64,000 nucleotides of DNA from a candidate division FCPU426 bacterium (lineage in GTDB: Bacteria > Oederibacteriota > PGYV01 > Palsa-1178), in contig CAWIXE010000002.1 of the NCBI GenBank assembly GCA_963840035.1, positions 1,280,001 to 1,344,000 on the forward strand. Direction: 5' to 3'. This document shows, piece by piece, positions 18,767 through 28,130 of this stretch. Within the stretch, counting starts at the first letter, position 1; the number at the start of each line of letters is the position of its first letter. A program made the position numbers and the translations under genes. The notes beneath the pieces were generated by a model. The model was not told the DNA's origin. It saw nothing but the letters and a program-made list of their open reading frames with translations, and did not search any database.

Positions 18767-19509
18767 AACGTAAACTGTTCACCCAGGTATATTTCGCGGG
18801 CTTTTTTATCTTTTGCCAGCTTTTTAGCGGGGCCTGAGAGCAGTATTTTTCCTTCATATAGTATGTAAGCCCTGTCAGTAATGGAGAGTGTCTCCCTGAC
18901 GTTATGGTCTGTTATCAGTATTCCTATGCCTTTTTTCTTTAATTCCCTTATTATATTCTGAATGTCATTGACGGCTATGGGGTCTATGCCGACAAAAGGC
19001 TCGTCTAATAGTATGAACTTAGGAGAAAGCACCAGTGAACGCGCTATCTCTGTCCTGCGCCGCTCGCCGCCCGAAAGCGTAAAAGCCTTTTGCTTCCTTA
19101 AGTGCGCTATCTTGAACTCTTCAAGCAGGTGTTCCAGTTTCTTTTCTTTCTCATGCTCTGAAATATCCAGAAATTCAAGTACCGCCTTGATATTTTCCTC
19201 CACGGTTAAGCGCCTGAATATGGAAGGTTCCTGTGCAAGGTATGATATGCCAAGCCTGGCCCTTTTAAACATGGCCATATTTGTTATGTCTATTTTCGAA
19301 TCCTGCTTTTTATTGCCTTCCTGCAGGTATATGTTTCCCATGTCAGGCTGTATTATGCCCAATATCATATAAAAAGTGGTGGTTTTGCCGGCGCCATTTG
19401 GCCCCAGCAGGCCGACTATTTCGCCTTCCTTTACCTCTATGTTCACGTCATTTACAACGCGCTTGCCTGCGTATATCTTAACGAGGTGTTGCGTTCTTAT
19501 CTCTCTCAA
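18763..19509 (-). CDS. lptB: LPS export ABC transporter ATPase
   Basis: [54 protein letters not shown]. Confidence 0.95.
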   Translation of the reverse strand: MREIRTQHLVKIYAGKRVVNDVNIEVKEGEIVGLLGPNGAGKTTTFYMILGIIQPDMGNIYLQEGNKKQDSKIDITNMAMFKRARLGISYLAQEPSIFRRLTVEENIKAVLEFLDISEHEKEKKLEHLLEEFKIAHLRKQKAFTLSGGERRRTEIARSLVLSPKFILLDEPFVGIDPIAVNDIQNIIRELKKKGIGILITDHNVRETLSITDRAYILYEGKILLSGPAKKLAKDKKAREIYLGEQFTL

Positions 19510-20446
19510 TTACTGCCTCCCCTGATTCCTTTTCAAAATCGCGGTAAAAAAGCTTTGTCCATATTGATTTATTCATTTTAATCGTCTTTTTATCCACGTC
19601 AAGTTTAATATTATCCGAAAAAAACAGACTTTTACCTTTTTTAATGAAAGGTGCGCCTGATATCTCAAGCTGCCTCGTTTCATTATTATACTTTACTTCG
19701 TCCCCAAACGCCATAATATCCTGCATGGTAACGCGCACCCTGGACGGGTCCTTTTTGGCAAGCATGGTATCGTCATCGGCGTTAAAAATGAAGATATCCG
19801 ACCTCATGGTTATGGTATTGCCGTTATCGAGCGCCTTTTTTGCCACCACATTTTTCCTGGCAATTATGTTGCTTAGCTTGCCGCCATAGTCAAGCGTCTC
19901 GCATGTTATATATATACCATAATCCTTATAATATGCCGTTACATTGCCTTCCGCCACCGCATTATCCTTATAATTTTTTGACCTTAACCTGTCAGACCTT
20001 ATCAGGACATTATCAGCCGAAGCTTCCACACTGCCTGTAAAGACAGCTTCCGACGTTTCCTTATTAAACGTCATTGAGTCTGAATTAATTACAAGTTCCT
20101 TTACCTTAAATTTCCGCTTCGGTTTCTTTACCGACGGCGTTACGGACAGCGCCGGAACAATCTCCACAGCAGCTGTTTTTGTCACTGCAGCCGGCTGCTG
20201 CTGTTTTGCCTGCGCCGATACCGCAGCTGGAGCCGCTGCCGCGCCGGCAGCCGGTGTGGCTGCCTTTAACTGCGTTGCCGCGGGAATAACTGCCGGCACC
20301 GTGGCCTCAGGGGTAACCTGCGCGTTTTCATCGGCCATTTTTGCCGTTTTGGAAAAATATAACTGTTCATACTTTGAAGCGTCAATGTGAACACAGCCCG
20401 CGGATATCGCGCAAACAAGCACCGCCGGCATGATAGCCTTATTCAA
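19478..20446 (-). CDS. lptA: LptA/OstA-like lipoprotein with Ala/Pro-rich linker
   Basis: Lies between lptC and lptB. Lipobox SAGC; beta-jellyroll pattern INSDSM...AVFTGSV...IRSDRL...AEGNV. Confidence 0.7.
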   Translation of the reverse strand: MNKAIMPAVLVCAISAGCVHIDASKYEQLYFSKTAKMADENAQVTPEATVPAVIPAATQLKAATPAAGAAAAPAAVSAQAKQQQPAAVTKTAAVEIVPALSVTPSVKKPKRKFKVKELVINSDSMTFNKETSEAVFTGSVEASADNVLIRSDRLRSKNYKDNAVAEGNVTAYYKDYGIYITCETLDYGGKLSNIIARKNVVAKKALDNGNTITMRSDIFIFNADDDTMLAKKDPSRVRVTMQDIMAFGDEVKYNNETRQLEISGAPFIKKGKSLFFSDNIKLDVDKKTIKMNKSIWTKLFYRDFEKESGEAVIERDKNATPR

Positions 20447-21005
20447 TCCGGGCCTCTTCCAGGTCCTTCGCGGTAAGCCTTACTTTTTTCTTTATTACCA
20501 TGTTCTTCATTTCAGCGTCGGATTCAAAGCCTATGCCTTTCAATACATTTCCGTCCTTAATTATTATGACTTCCGCTTCAGTGTACATCTTGCGTTCTTT
20601 GTCATCCCAGAAAAGACGCTGCGTCTTTAATATCATCCCGTTTGACGCCTTAAACCTCACGTTCTCATTTACTTCCATGAAGTTGGTATCTGTCTTTATT
20701 TCAGCCCTTTTGCCCGTTAAAACAGATTCTTTGCCGTTCTTTTCAAAGGTTGTCATGGTAAAATCCTGTACAAATATCTTCTTTTTTATTTCAAAAACCT
20801 GCGCGCCTATGCCCCGTATTTCCCAGTCCTTTGCGCCTTCCCTTGTGGAAGTGTATTTAAAACCTTCCATGACAAAGTTTGGTATATCCTCTATTTTCTC
20901 GCCCACGGGAAGCCGGGGCTTTATCTTTTTCGCGTCCCCGCAGCCGGATAAAAACACGGTCAACGAGACAGCTACAGCTATGATTACGGCAATACTTTTC
21001 TTCAT
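20439..21005 (-). CDS. lptC: LPS export periplasmic protein LptC
   Basis: WEIRG..A, LKTQRLFWD, YTEAEV, LKGIGFESD pattern; lipobox LSGC; operon context. Confidence 0.8.
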   Translation of the reverse strand: MKKSIAVIIAVAVSLTVFLSGCGDAKKIKPRLPVGEKIEDIPNFVMEGFKYTSTREGAKDWEIRGIGAQVFEIKKKIFVQDFTMTTFEKNGKESVLTGKRAEIKTDTNFMEVNENVRFKASNGMILKTQRLFWDDKERKMYTEAEVIIIKDGNVLKGIGFESDAEMKNMVIKKKVRLTAKDLEEARIE

Positions 21006-21024
21006 GGCGCTCCTCTTTGATTTT

Positions 21025-21113
21025 CTTAACCCTTACCCTTAACCTTATCCTCAGCCTTCAGCACTGGTTTCAGTTCCAAGAGCTAAGGATAAGGGTAAGG
21101 ATGAGGATTAAGG
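21025..21113. repeat. Inverted hexamer arrays (CCTTAN / TAAGGA)
   Basis: ccttac ccttaa ccttat cctcag ... taagga taaggg taagga tgagga. Confidence 0.75.
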
Positions 21114-22007
21114 CCTCAATACCGATTTCCACCGTTCATGTATCCACACCCACTGTTCCGGGTATTTTTTTATCATTTCGCTTATTTCATTGTTATATTT
21201 TAACGCTATCTCTTCTATGGTCTCATTTTCGCCGGGTATATGCGGCTCATTTATTGTCATCTCATAGTAGCCGTCATCGCGCCTGTTTATAAATACCGTG
21301 CCTATATACGCCCCGAACTTTTTCGCCAACATTGCCGGCGCCACAGGCGTCTTGGCGTCCATGCCTAAAAACGGTATTATTTTGGACTCCACGCTTGTAT
21401 CCTGATCAACTAACACTCCAAGCATCATACCGTCCCGCAGGCCCTTTATCATTTCCCTTGATACATTATCCTTGTCATATACCTCATAACCCGCCCTTAC
21501 CCTTGTGGAATTGACTATCTTATCCAGGGTCGGGTCAAAGATCCTTTTTCCTATCACTCCGACGCGCTTCCATATAAGTTTCGTGAAAACCGGAAGTATT
21601 TCCCAGTTTGCCATATGCATGGTAACCGCGATATATGATTTTCCTTCTTTCACAGCCTTTTCGTAATGCTGGAGCCCGCGCACTTCTTTTATCAGCGACG
21701 CTATCTTTTCAGGATTCCAAATGGAAAATTTAGCAAACTCAAAAAAACCTATTCCATAATTTTCACAGTTCTTTTTGGCGAAAAGCACCTTCTGTTCCTG
21801 CGTCATTCCCGTGCTGCCGTAAACCAGGTCAAGGTTTTTAAATATCTTGGCGCGTTCTTTGGGCACCAGATAATAGGCTAAAAGCCCTATGCCGCGGCCG
21901 ATTACCCTGCCCGCCCTCCACGGAATAAAAAATATGATGAGACGCAGGAGCTGGATTATTATTACAAGAAGAAAGTTCCTGGCCGCCTTCAGCGCCTTAT
22001 TTTTCAT
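21108..22007 (-). CDS. lpxL: Lipid A biosynthesis acyltransferase (LpxL/HtrB family)
   Basis: HMANWE, LVDQD, FLG, YPEQWVWIHERWK. Confidence 0.9.
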   Translation of the reverse strand: MKNKALKAARNFLLVIIIQLLRLIIFFIPWRAGRVIGRGIGLLAYYLVPKERAKIFKNLDLVYGSTGMTQEQKVLFAKKNCENYGIGFFEFAKFSIWNPEKIASLIKEVRGLQHYEKAVKEGKSYIAVTMHMANWEILPVFTKLIWKRVGVIGKRIFDPTLDKIVNSTRVRAGYEVYDKDNVSREMIKGLRDGMMLGVLVDQDTSVESKIIPFLGMDAKTPVAPAMLAKKFGAYIGTVFINRRDDGYYEMTINEPHIPGENETIEEIALKYNNEISEMIKKYPEQWVWIHERWKSVLRP

Positions 22008-22533
22008 GCCGCAAATACCTGGCTATCGCTTTCTGCCACAATCCCTGCGTTTTCAGGATGAGCTCTATGGTTTCCCTGACAGCGCCCCGTCCGCCTTTCG
22101 AGCGGCATATGTAATCAGCCGCTTTTTTGGCTTCCGCGACGGAGTCCCCGGGCGCGGCGGAAAAGCCGCACGCTTCCATGGGCGGGACGTCTATTATCTC
22201 GTCCCCTACAAAGCAGATCTCGTCATCAGAATAACCGTGGTCTTTTTTAAATTTCTCATACGCCTCGATCTTTACCAGCACGTGCTGGTAAACAACGTCG
22301 CACTTAAGCTCCTTCGCGCGGTGCGCGATGACTTTTGAGTATCTGCCGCTCATGATGCCGAACTTAATCCCGGCATACCTTCCCAGGGCCATGCCCGTGC
22401 CGTCCTTTACGTCAAAATTCTTATACTCGGTTCCGTCGCTTCCTATGATAATGCCGCCGTCGGTCAAAACCCCGTCAACGTCAAGCATTATGAACTTTAT
22501 CTTTTTAACCGCTGATTTAACAGCTGCGTTCAT
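21997..22533 (-). CDS. kdsC: KDO-8-phosphate phosphatase
   Basis: LDVDGVLTDG, FDVKDG, FVGDEIID, GGRGAVRE. Confidence 0.92.
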   Translation of the reverse strand: MNAAVKSAVKKIKFIMLDVDGVLTDGGIIIGSDGTEYKNFDVKDGTGMALGRYAGIKFGIMSGRYSKVIAHRAKELKCDVVYQHVLVKIEAYEKFKKDHGYSDDEICFVGDEIIDVPPMEACGFSAAPGDSVAEAKKAADYICRSKGGRGAVRETIELILKTQGLWQKAIARYLRHEK

Positions 22534-23495
22534 TATACAACCCCTGACTTAAGCAGGTCATGCAGATGCAGCACGCCTTCCGGTTTGCCGTTTTTGCCCG
22601 GAACCACAAGCACTGTTATTGAATACTTCTGCATGAGCGCCAGGGCCGCGATTGCAAGCACATCCGCCGATACGGATTTGGGCTTTCTGGTCATAACGCT
22701 GGACATCTTTTGGTTGTAAGGGTTATCGTGCTTTTCAAGAAGGCGCCTTAAGTCTCCGTCCGTGAATATGCCGGTCATGACGCCCTTGCTGTTTACCACT
22801 GCCGTACAGCCCAGGCGTTTTTTTGTCATCTCAAGCAGGCCGGTCTGAAGGGTTGCGGTTTCCGGAACCTGCGGCACAGCTTCGCCCGTATGCATTACAT
22901 CGCTGACCTTCATAACGAGTTTTTTTCCAAGGGCGCCTCCGGGATGAAGCAGCGCGAAATCCTCTTTTTTAAATTTCTTAAGTTTCAAAAGCGCCACAGC
23001 CAGCGCGTCCCCGATTGCCAGCTGCACCGTGGTGGAAGCCGTCGGCGCCAGGCCCATGGGGCAGGCTTCTTCTTTAACGGATGAATCAAGGAAACAATCC
23101 GCGTTCTTAGCCAGAGTCGAATTTTTCTTTCCGGTTATGGCTATTAAGGGTATGCCGAACCTTTTTACCGCCGGCAGCACGCCTATTACCTCGTCAGTCT
23201 CGCCGCTTTGCGATATTACTATGGCCACATCGTCGCCCGATACCATTCCCAGGTCGCCGTGCGCCGCCTCTGTGGAATGCAGGAATATGGAAGGCGTGCC
23301 CGTGGAAGACATGGTCGCGGCTATCTTCTGCCCTATCAGCCCTGATTTGCCTATGCCCGATATGACAACTTTTCCTTTGCAGTTCATGATGAAATTTACG
23401 GCCGTTTCAAAATTATGGTCCACCCTGGACTTTACAAGGCCTATGGCGGACTGCTCAATGGCCAATACCCTTTTTATTTCTTTTTTCAGGTTCAT
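22533..23495 (-). CDS. kdsD: Arabinose-5-phosphate isomerase (KpsF/GutQ family; SIS + CBS domains)
   Basis: GIGKSGLIG, STGTP, EAAHGDLG, EACPMGLAPTAST, HPGGALG, TDGDLRR. Confidence 0.95.
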   Translation of the reverse strand: MNLKKEIKRVLAIEQSAIGLVKSRVDHNFETAVNFIMNCKGKVVISGIGKSGLIGQKIAATMSSTGTPSIFLHSTEAAHGDLGMVSGDDVAIVISQSGETDEVIGVLPAVKRFGIPLIAITGKKNSTLAKNADCFLDSSVKEEACPMGLAPTASTTVQLAIGDALAVALLKLKKFKKEDFALLHPGGALGKKLVMKVSDVMHTGEAVPQVPETATLQTGLLEMTKKRLGCTAVVNSKGVMTGIFTDGDLRRLLEKHDNPYNQKMSSVMTRKPKSVSADVLAIAALALMQKYSITVLVVPGKNGKPEGVLHLHDLLKSGVV

Positions 23496-24232
23496 TTTAC
23501 CGGCTCCTCTTTCTTTTCAAGGTACCATATCCTCGCGCAGTTGGAGCACGTCATTATGTTGAGCAGTTTTTTCATTTCAATCACGGCCTGCGGCCTGACA
23601 TTGAACCGGCAGCCTCCGCAGGAGCCCGAACCGTCCGCTTCAACAATTACCGGCGCAAGGGCAAGCCCTTTGCTCTTCCTGATTTTTTCATACCTGTCAT
23701 ACCATACCTTTTCCACTTTTGACGCGGCTGCCTCGCGTTCCTTCATGTGCCCGCTGATCACTCCGTCTTTTGTTGCCAGGACAGCTTCTATGGATGCGAT
23801 CTCCGCCTTATACTTCGCCTCTTCTTCTTTCATGGCCTTTTCCTGTGTTTTTACCCACACAACAACGGCTTCCTCATCTTCCATATGCTTGATAATATCA
23901 TCTTCAAGTTTTGTAATGGATTTTTTAATTCCGTCTATCTCGTTTTGAAGCGCCTTAAAAGCCTCGTTTGTCTTTACATTGCCGGTATTGCCTTCTTTGG
24001 CTTTTATGTCCGCTTCCTTGCCCTTTATTTCCATTTCAATAAGCGCTTTTTTCTTCTTGGAATCGTCCAGTTTGGTTTTCTTTGACACAAACTCCGCGTT
24101 GATCGCGGCGATCTTGTCCTTTAAAGCCTTTATCTGGTCAACAAGGTCTTTCTTGTCATTGTCCACCGCAAGTATGGCCGAATCCACCTTCTGCAGTACG
24201 ACAAGCGTATCAAGTATTTCTGACTCTTTCAT
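23492..24232 (-). CDS. Coiled-coil + C4 zinc-ribbon protein (DUF164/CT398-like)
   Basis: LQKVD N-terminus, long coiled coil, YEKIR, CGGC...CSNCARI. GGAGG RBS precedes ATG 24232. Confidence 0.85.
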   Translation of the reverse strand: MKESEILDTLVVLQKVDSAILAVDNDKKDLVDQIKALKDKIAAINAEFVSKKTKLDDSKKKKALIEMEIKGKEADIKAKEGNTGNVKTNEAFKALQNEIDGIKKSITKLEDDIIKHMEDEEAVVVWVKTQEKAMKEEEAKYKAEIASIEAVLATKDGVISGHMKEREAAASKVEKVWYDRYEKIRKSKGLALAPVIVEADGSGSCGGCRFNVRPQAVIEMKKLLNIMTCSNCARIWYLEKKEEPVK

Positions 24233-24308
24233 AAAACCTCCAGGTAAAACAAATTTTATATTTTCAATTTTAAATTTTAAATTAACGGCAAAATACATCT
24301 AAAAAAGC

Positions 24309-24345
24309 AAAAAGCCGCGCAACCTTAACGGCGCGCGGCTTTTTT
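24309..24345. terminator. Intrinsic (bidirectional) terminator
   Basis: aaaaagccgcgc-loop-gcgcggcttttt, just downstream of the GT2 gene. Confidence 0.75.
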
Positions 24346-24360
24346 AGCCATGATTTATGC

Positions 24361-25509
24361 TTATCCTTCGACATTGATGGTGCCGAATTTCTTCTGCCCA
24401 TCAAGGCCGCCTTTTATGAAGTTCCACTTTGACATGTACGCGATAGTCATCCAGGTCAGCAGTTTTCCTGCCGGCTTGATCTTAAAGCACGGCGCAAAAA
24501 AGCGCATGCCAAATACTATGGCAAGCGCCAGCTGTATGCCCCATCCGAGGAAGTTCCCGATGATACCCGGGATGCCGCCCGTAAGGAGGTTTGTTAGTAT
24601 TGTAACCACTGATGATATTGTAAGCAGGTTCATCATAGTAAAGTCGCCGAAGTAGATTATCCCTATTACCGGGAACGGTATGACGAACGAGAAGCCTTTT
24701 CCGAAAGCAAAGTAGAATTCAAGCACTTTCTTCGCGTGCATTTTCAAAAGAAGCGGATGTCCGTAGCCGTATCCGTAAAGCTGTTTGTAGAACATCTCAG
24801 GGGTGGCTCTGTGCATGTGGTCGACAACAGCCGAAGGCTGGAAGAAAAGCTTGAACCCTTTTTTCAGGACCCTTAAGTTAAAGTCGACGTCTTCGCCGGT
24901 TGGCTCGTGCCAGAATTCATTGCCGATGGCCAGGGCCGCTTTTTTCGATACTGCCGCGTTTGCTGTGGCAAAGAACGGGCATGACTGCGAGCCATTAATC
25001 TCGCTGGGCCAGTCTTTCTTGATTGTAGGATAAACTCCGCCGTTCTTCATGCCGACCCTGTCACCGATGGAAAGGAAACCCGTGGCTTCGCAGTATGTCT
25101 CGGTGTCATTGTTCGGGTCTGTCCTTAATGTATAAACTTCACCGCCAACCATGCCGACTTCCGGGTCCTTTATAAAAGGTTCGACCATCTTATCGACCCA
25201 GTCCTTATGCGGGGCGCAGTCTCCGTCTGTAAAGAGGATGTACTCGCCTTTTACCACTTTTAAAGCCGCGTTCCTGGCGTGTCCCGGCGACTTGGAATCC
25301 GGTACCGGAACCAGCGTGATGAACGGGTATTTCTCCTGCCACTTTTTTATGATTTCCACTGTCTTATCCGTGGAGCCGCCGTCCGCAAATACTATTTCCA
25401 TGCATACACGGGGATAATCCACGTTTAAAAGGTATTGAATGGTGGTGTCTATGGTTCTTTCCGCGTTCCTTACCGGGCTGATAATGCTTACAAACGGTTT
25501 CTCTGCCAT
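24361..25509 (-). CDS. Family 2 glycosyltransferase with C-terminal TM helices
   Basis: VSIISPVRN, DGGSTD, ARNAAL, FTDGDC, GEDVDF. Confidence 0.9.
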   Translation of the reverse strand: MAEKPFVSIISPVRNAERTIDTTIQYLLNVDYPRVCMEIVFADGGSTDKTVEIIKKWQEKYPFITLVPVPDSKSPGHARNAALKVVKGEYILFTDGDCAPHKDWVDKMVEPFIKDPEVGMVGGEVYTLRTDPNNDTETYCEATGFLSIGDRVGMKNGGVYPTIKKDWPSEINGSQSCPFFATANAAVSKKAALAIGNEFWHEPTGEDVDFNLRVLKKGFKLFFQPSAVVDHMHRATPEMFYKQLYGYGYGHPLLLKMHAKKVLEFYFAFGKGFSFVIPFPVIGIIYFGDFTMMNLLTISSVVTILTNLLTGGIPGIIGNFLGWGIQLALAIVFGMRFFAPCFKIKPAGKLLTWMTIAYMSKWNFIKGGLDGQKKFGTINVEG

Positions 25510-25568
25510 CTTTCTGTTTCCTCCTTGATGTTTTTAGCGCAAAATTTAGTAGTCAAAAATACCTGATG

Positions 25569-25597
25569 ATTATAAGGAATTTAGCGGGATTTTTCAA
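25569..25597 (-). promoter_or_regulatory. Sigma70-type promoter
   Basis: TTGAAA-17-TATAAT upstream of the GT2 gene. Confidence 0.65.
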
Positions 25598-25612
25598 GGG
25601 AAATTTTTACCT

Positions 25613-25683
25613 AAATCACAAGTCCCAAATCACAAATCCCAAATAAATGATGCTTTGGGCTTTGGGATTTGGGACTTGTGACT
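25613..25683. repeat. Inverted heptamer arrays (AAATCCC / GGGATTT family)
   Basis: aaatcac aagtccc aaatcac aaatccc ... tttgggc tttggga tttggga cttgtga. Confidence 0.8.
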
Positions 25684-25693
25684 AAAAAAGCCT

Positions 25694-26350
25694 TTAATCT
25701 ATAGTGTAATACACCGTAAGTTTCGGCCTGTAGGACACATAAGCTTCATTGGCAAAATAGCACCATAAATAACCCTGCGCAGATTCATTAACGCCCTTTA
25801 ATAATACCCCATAATTATAGGAACTATCGTTAATCCAGGACTGAACCACAGCCGCGTCAAGCGCGAAAGTGTAATAATTGGCCGTACCCATAGCCACGGT
25901 GCTCATTGGCGAGGCGTTAAACGTTTCCCCGCCTGATGAGTTATTCCATGTTATTAAAGTATCTAACCATCCGGCTGTTTTTTCATGGGCTGAAAAACTC
26001 CCGGTACCGTATACATAATATGAATACATTGTAAGAAACGCCTTTTTAACCTTTATCCCTGCCGGCAGCGAGCCGACATCAAATCTTACCACATACCTGG
26101 TAATACCGGCAGTAGCGTCGTAATAACCAAATGACCCTTCAGGCTGAGTCCCATAATTATTCCCGGCAACTGAAGCGCCGCTCGCGAAATTCGCGTCAGT
26201 ACAGCCCTGATAGCCCGCGTACGGCAGCGTGCCGTTCTGGAACTCGGCAACCAGGTAGTTTGTTACTGCCGTAGGATTATTGTTATTCGTGGTGCACGAT
26301 GACAGGACAACAACGGACAGGATCAAAACCGCAAATAAATACTTTTTCAT
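25694..26350 (-). CDS. Lipoprotein with DNRLRE-like beta-sandwich domain
   Basis: Lipobox LSSC; NYG, RYVVRFDV..LP..A.L, TWNN, VQSWI...NYGVLL, RPKLTVYY. Confidence 0.7.
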   Translation of the reverse strand: MKKYLFAVLILSVVVLSSCTTNNNNPTAVTNYLVAEFQNGTLPYAGYQGCTDANFASGASVAGNNYGTQPEGSFGYYDATAGITRYVVRFDVGSLPAGIKVKKAFLTMYSYYVYGTGSFSAHEKTAGWLDTLITWNNSSGGETFNASPMSTVAMGTANYYTFALDAAVVQSWINDSSYNYGVLLKGVNESAQGYLWCYFANEAYVSYRPKLTVYYTID

Positions 26351-26385
26351 TAAAGCCTCCTTTTAAATACCACTAATTTTGTCGT

Positions 26386-26414
26386 ATCATAGCAGGTTAT
26401 TAAATATATAGCAA
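26386..26414 (-). promoter_or_regulatory. Sigma70-type promoter
   Basis: TTGCTA-17-TATGAT with extended TG. Confidence 0.55.
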
Positions 26415-26467
26415 ATTTTCTTTTGATTTGTCGTAGGAAGAAAAAATCGGCAGGCTTATTGAGACAA

Positions 26468-28072
26468 TTAATCTATTCTTTTAAATACAGTTATCCTATG
26501 CAGTTTCTTGTAATCCTTATCTTTAACATCCTTACCCCACCGGTACTCTGTATGCATAGGGGTCACCATATCAGCAGTGCCCGCAATCTCATACCGGCTC
26601 TTTTCATATTTGTCAAACCACGTAAAAATATACCTGTCAGATTCCGGATTCATAATCCAGGAGAACGGCAGATTCACAAGCACTATGAACCGCGGTTTTG
26701 ACTTTTCCATCTGTTTTACAGCCTGCTCCTGCATGCCACCGGCATAATCATGCTTTTCCATCAGCGGAAACATGTAAATATAACCGCTTGCGGAATACCT
26801 GCCGGAATAAAAATAGACCTGCGGTTCAGACCCCAACACAGCCACAGTATCTTCCGGCGATGAATTTGCCTTAATGTATGCCGCAATTGTTTTCATTTCG
26901 GGGAATGGATTCTCATAGTGCAGGTTCTTTGAAACATCATCAGGGGAACCGGTGAAATATACCCAAGTATTCATCAGCACCGGGGCCGCGAGAGCGGCTG
27001 CGAGTACTACCCTCGCAATCACTTTCACATACGCCTTAAAATCCGCGCGTTCAAAAACATAAACAGCCGCACCGCACATAAGCGCTGCCGCCGGCATAAT
27101 GTATATAAAATAGTGGCCCCTAAAGTACAATCCCACACTTGTTGCCGCAAACGATACCGCAAAAAACAGAAGAAGAAGCGCTCCTGTCCCCCTCGTTTTT
27201 CTGTCAACCATAAGAGCCACAGCGCCTGCGAGGGCTAATAGCAGGATGGTGAAGCCGTTACTAAAGATTAATCCGAAAGTGGCTGAAAAGAGCGCGGCGC
27301 CTGACGCCGGTGAAACAGAACTGACATATTTCATCCCGTAAGTAAAGACCCAGAAAAAGAAATTTGACGACACTCCCGCAGCGTAAATATAAGCAGTCAT
27401 TACCGCAACCGGCGCTAAAGCCCCGCCAATGACGCACAGGCAGTTTATTGCCGCCCTTTTTAGGCCTCCTGCCCTGCCATCATAGGCCGCGTAAACAACC
27501 CCTGCCGCGAGGAAAAATAGGCCGTGCTGCCTGACCACCAGAGACATACCCAACAGCAGCCCGGCTAATACATAAAGACGTTTTGACCCCTTTTCCACAG
27601 CTGCCATAATAACGCGAAGCCCTGCAAGGGCAAAGAGAAGAAGCCCGTTTTCCGCGCAGGCAAACATACCCTGCAGCCAGTTTGACATCATGATAATAAT
27701 GAAACACGCGGCAGCGGCAAAGCCGGCTTTGCTGTCCATGAGTTTTTTTCCAATGGAAAATATGAGTGCGGCATTGAACAAATTGATGATTAAAAATCCC
27801 GTGCGTATTGCGACATCTGTCTGCCCGAATAAGCCCATAATAAGCGCATATAGCCAGTAAATACCCGGTAATTTCATATTGTAAGCCATCAGATAAGGAG
27901 GCACCCCGCGCAAAGCCAACTGCCCGGCATAAGCAAACTCCCCCTCGTCCCGGTCCAAAGGCATCCCCGCAAGCCTGAACCTGACATATATAGCTAAACA
28001 AACAGCCGTTAAAGCCAACGCCGCATAGAAAATACGGGTTAAATCCCATGAATTGCCTTTCTGATTATTCAA
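26468..28072 (-). CDS. ArnT/PMT-like (GT-C) membrane glycosyltransferase
   Basis: DRDEGEFAY, PPY...KLPG, many TM segments, HYFIY, C-terminal periplasmic domain. Confidence 0.8.
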   Translation of the reverse strand: MNNQKGNSWDLTRIFYAALALTAVCLAIYVRFRLAGMPLDRDEGEFAYAGQLALRGVPPYLMAYNMKLPGIYWLYALIMGLFGQTDVAIRTGFLIINLFNAALIFSIGKKLMDSKAGFAAAACFIIIMMSNWLQGMFACAENGLLLFALAGLRVIMAAVEKGSKRLYVLAGLLLGMSLVVRQHGLFFLAAGVVYAAYDGRAGGLKRAAINCLCVIGGALAPVAVMTAYIYAAGVSSNFFFWVFTYGMKYVSSVSPASGAALFSATFGLIFSNGFTILLLALAGAVALMVDRKTRGTGALLLLFFAVSFAATSVGLYFRGHYFIYIMPAAALMCGAAVYVFERADFKAYVKVIARVVLAAALAAPVLMNTWVYFTGSPDDVSKNLHYENPFPEMKTIAAYIKANSSPEDTVAVLGSEPQVYFYSGRYSASGYIYMFPLMEKHDYAGGMQEQAVKQMEKSKPRFIVLVNLPFSWIMNPESDRYIFTWFDKYEKSRYEIAGTADMVTPMHTEYRWGKDVKDKDYKKLHRITVFKRID

Positions 28073-28130
28073 CCAGGAACCTCACATAATTATTTTTCTC
28101 ATAAACCCTGCAACAGTATATGCATTTTGA

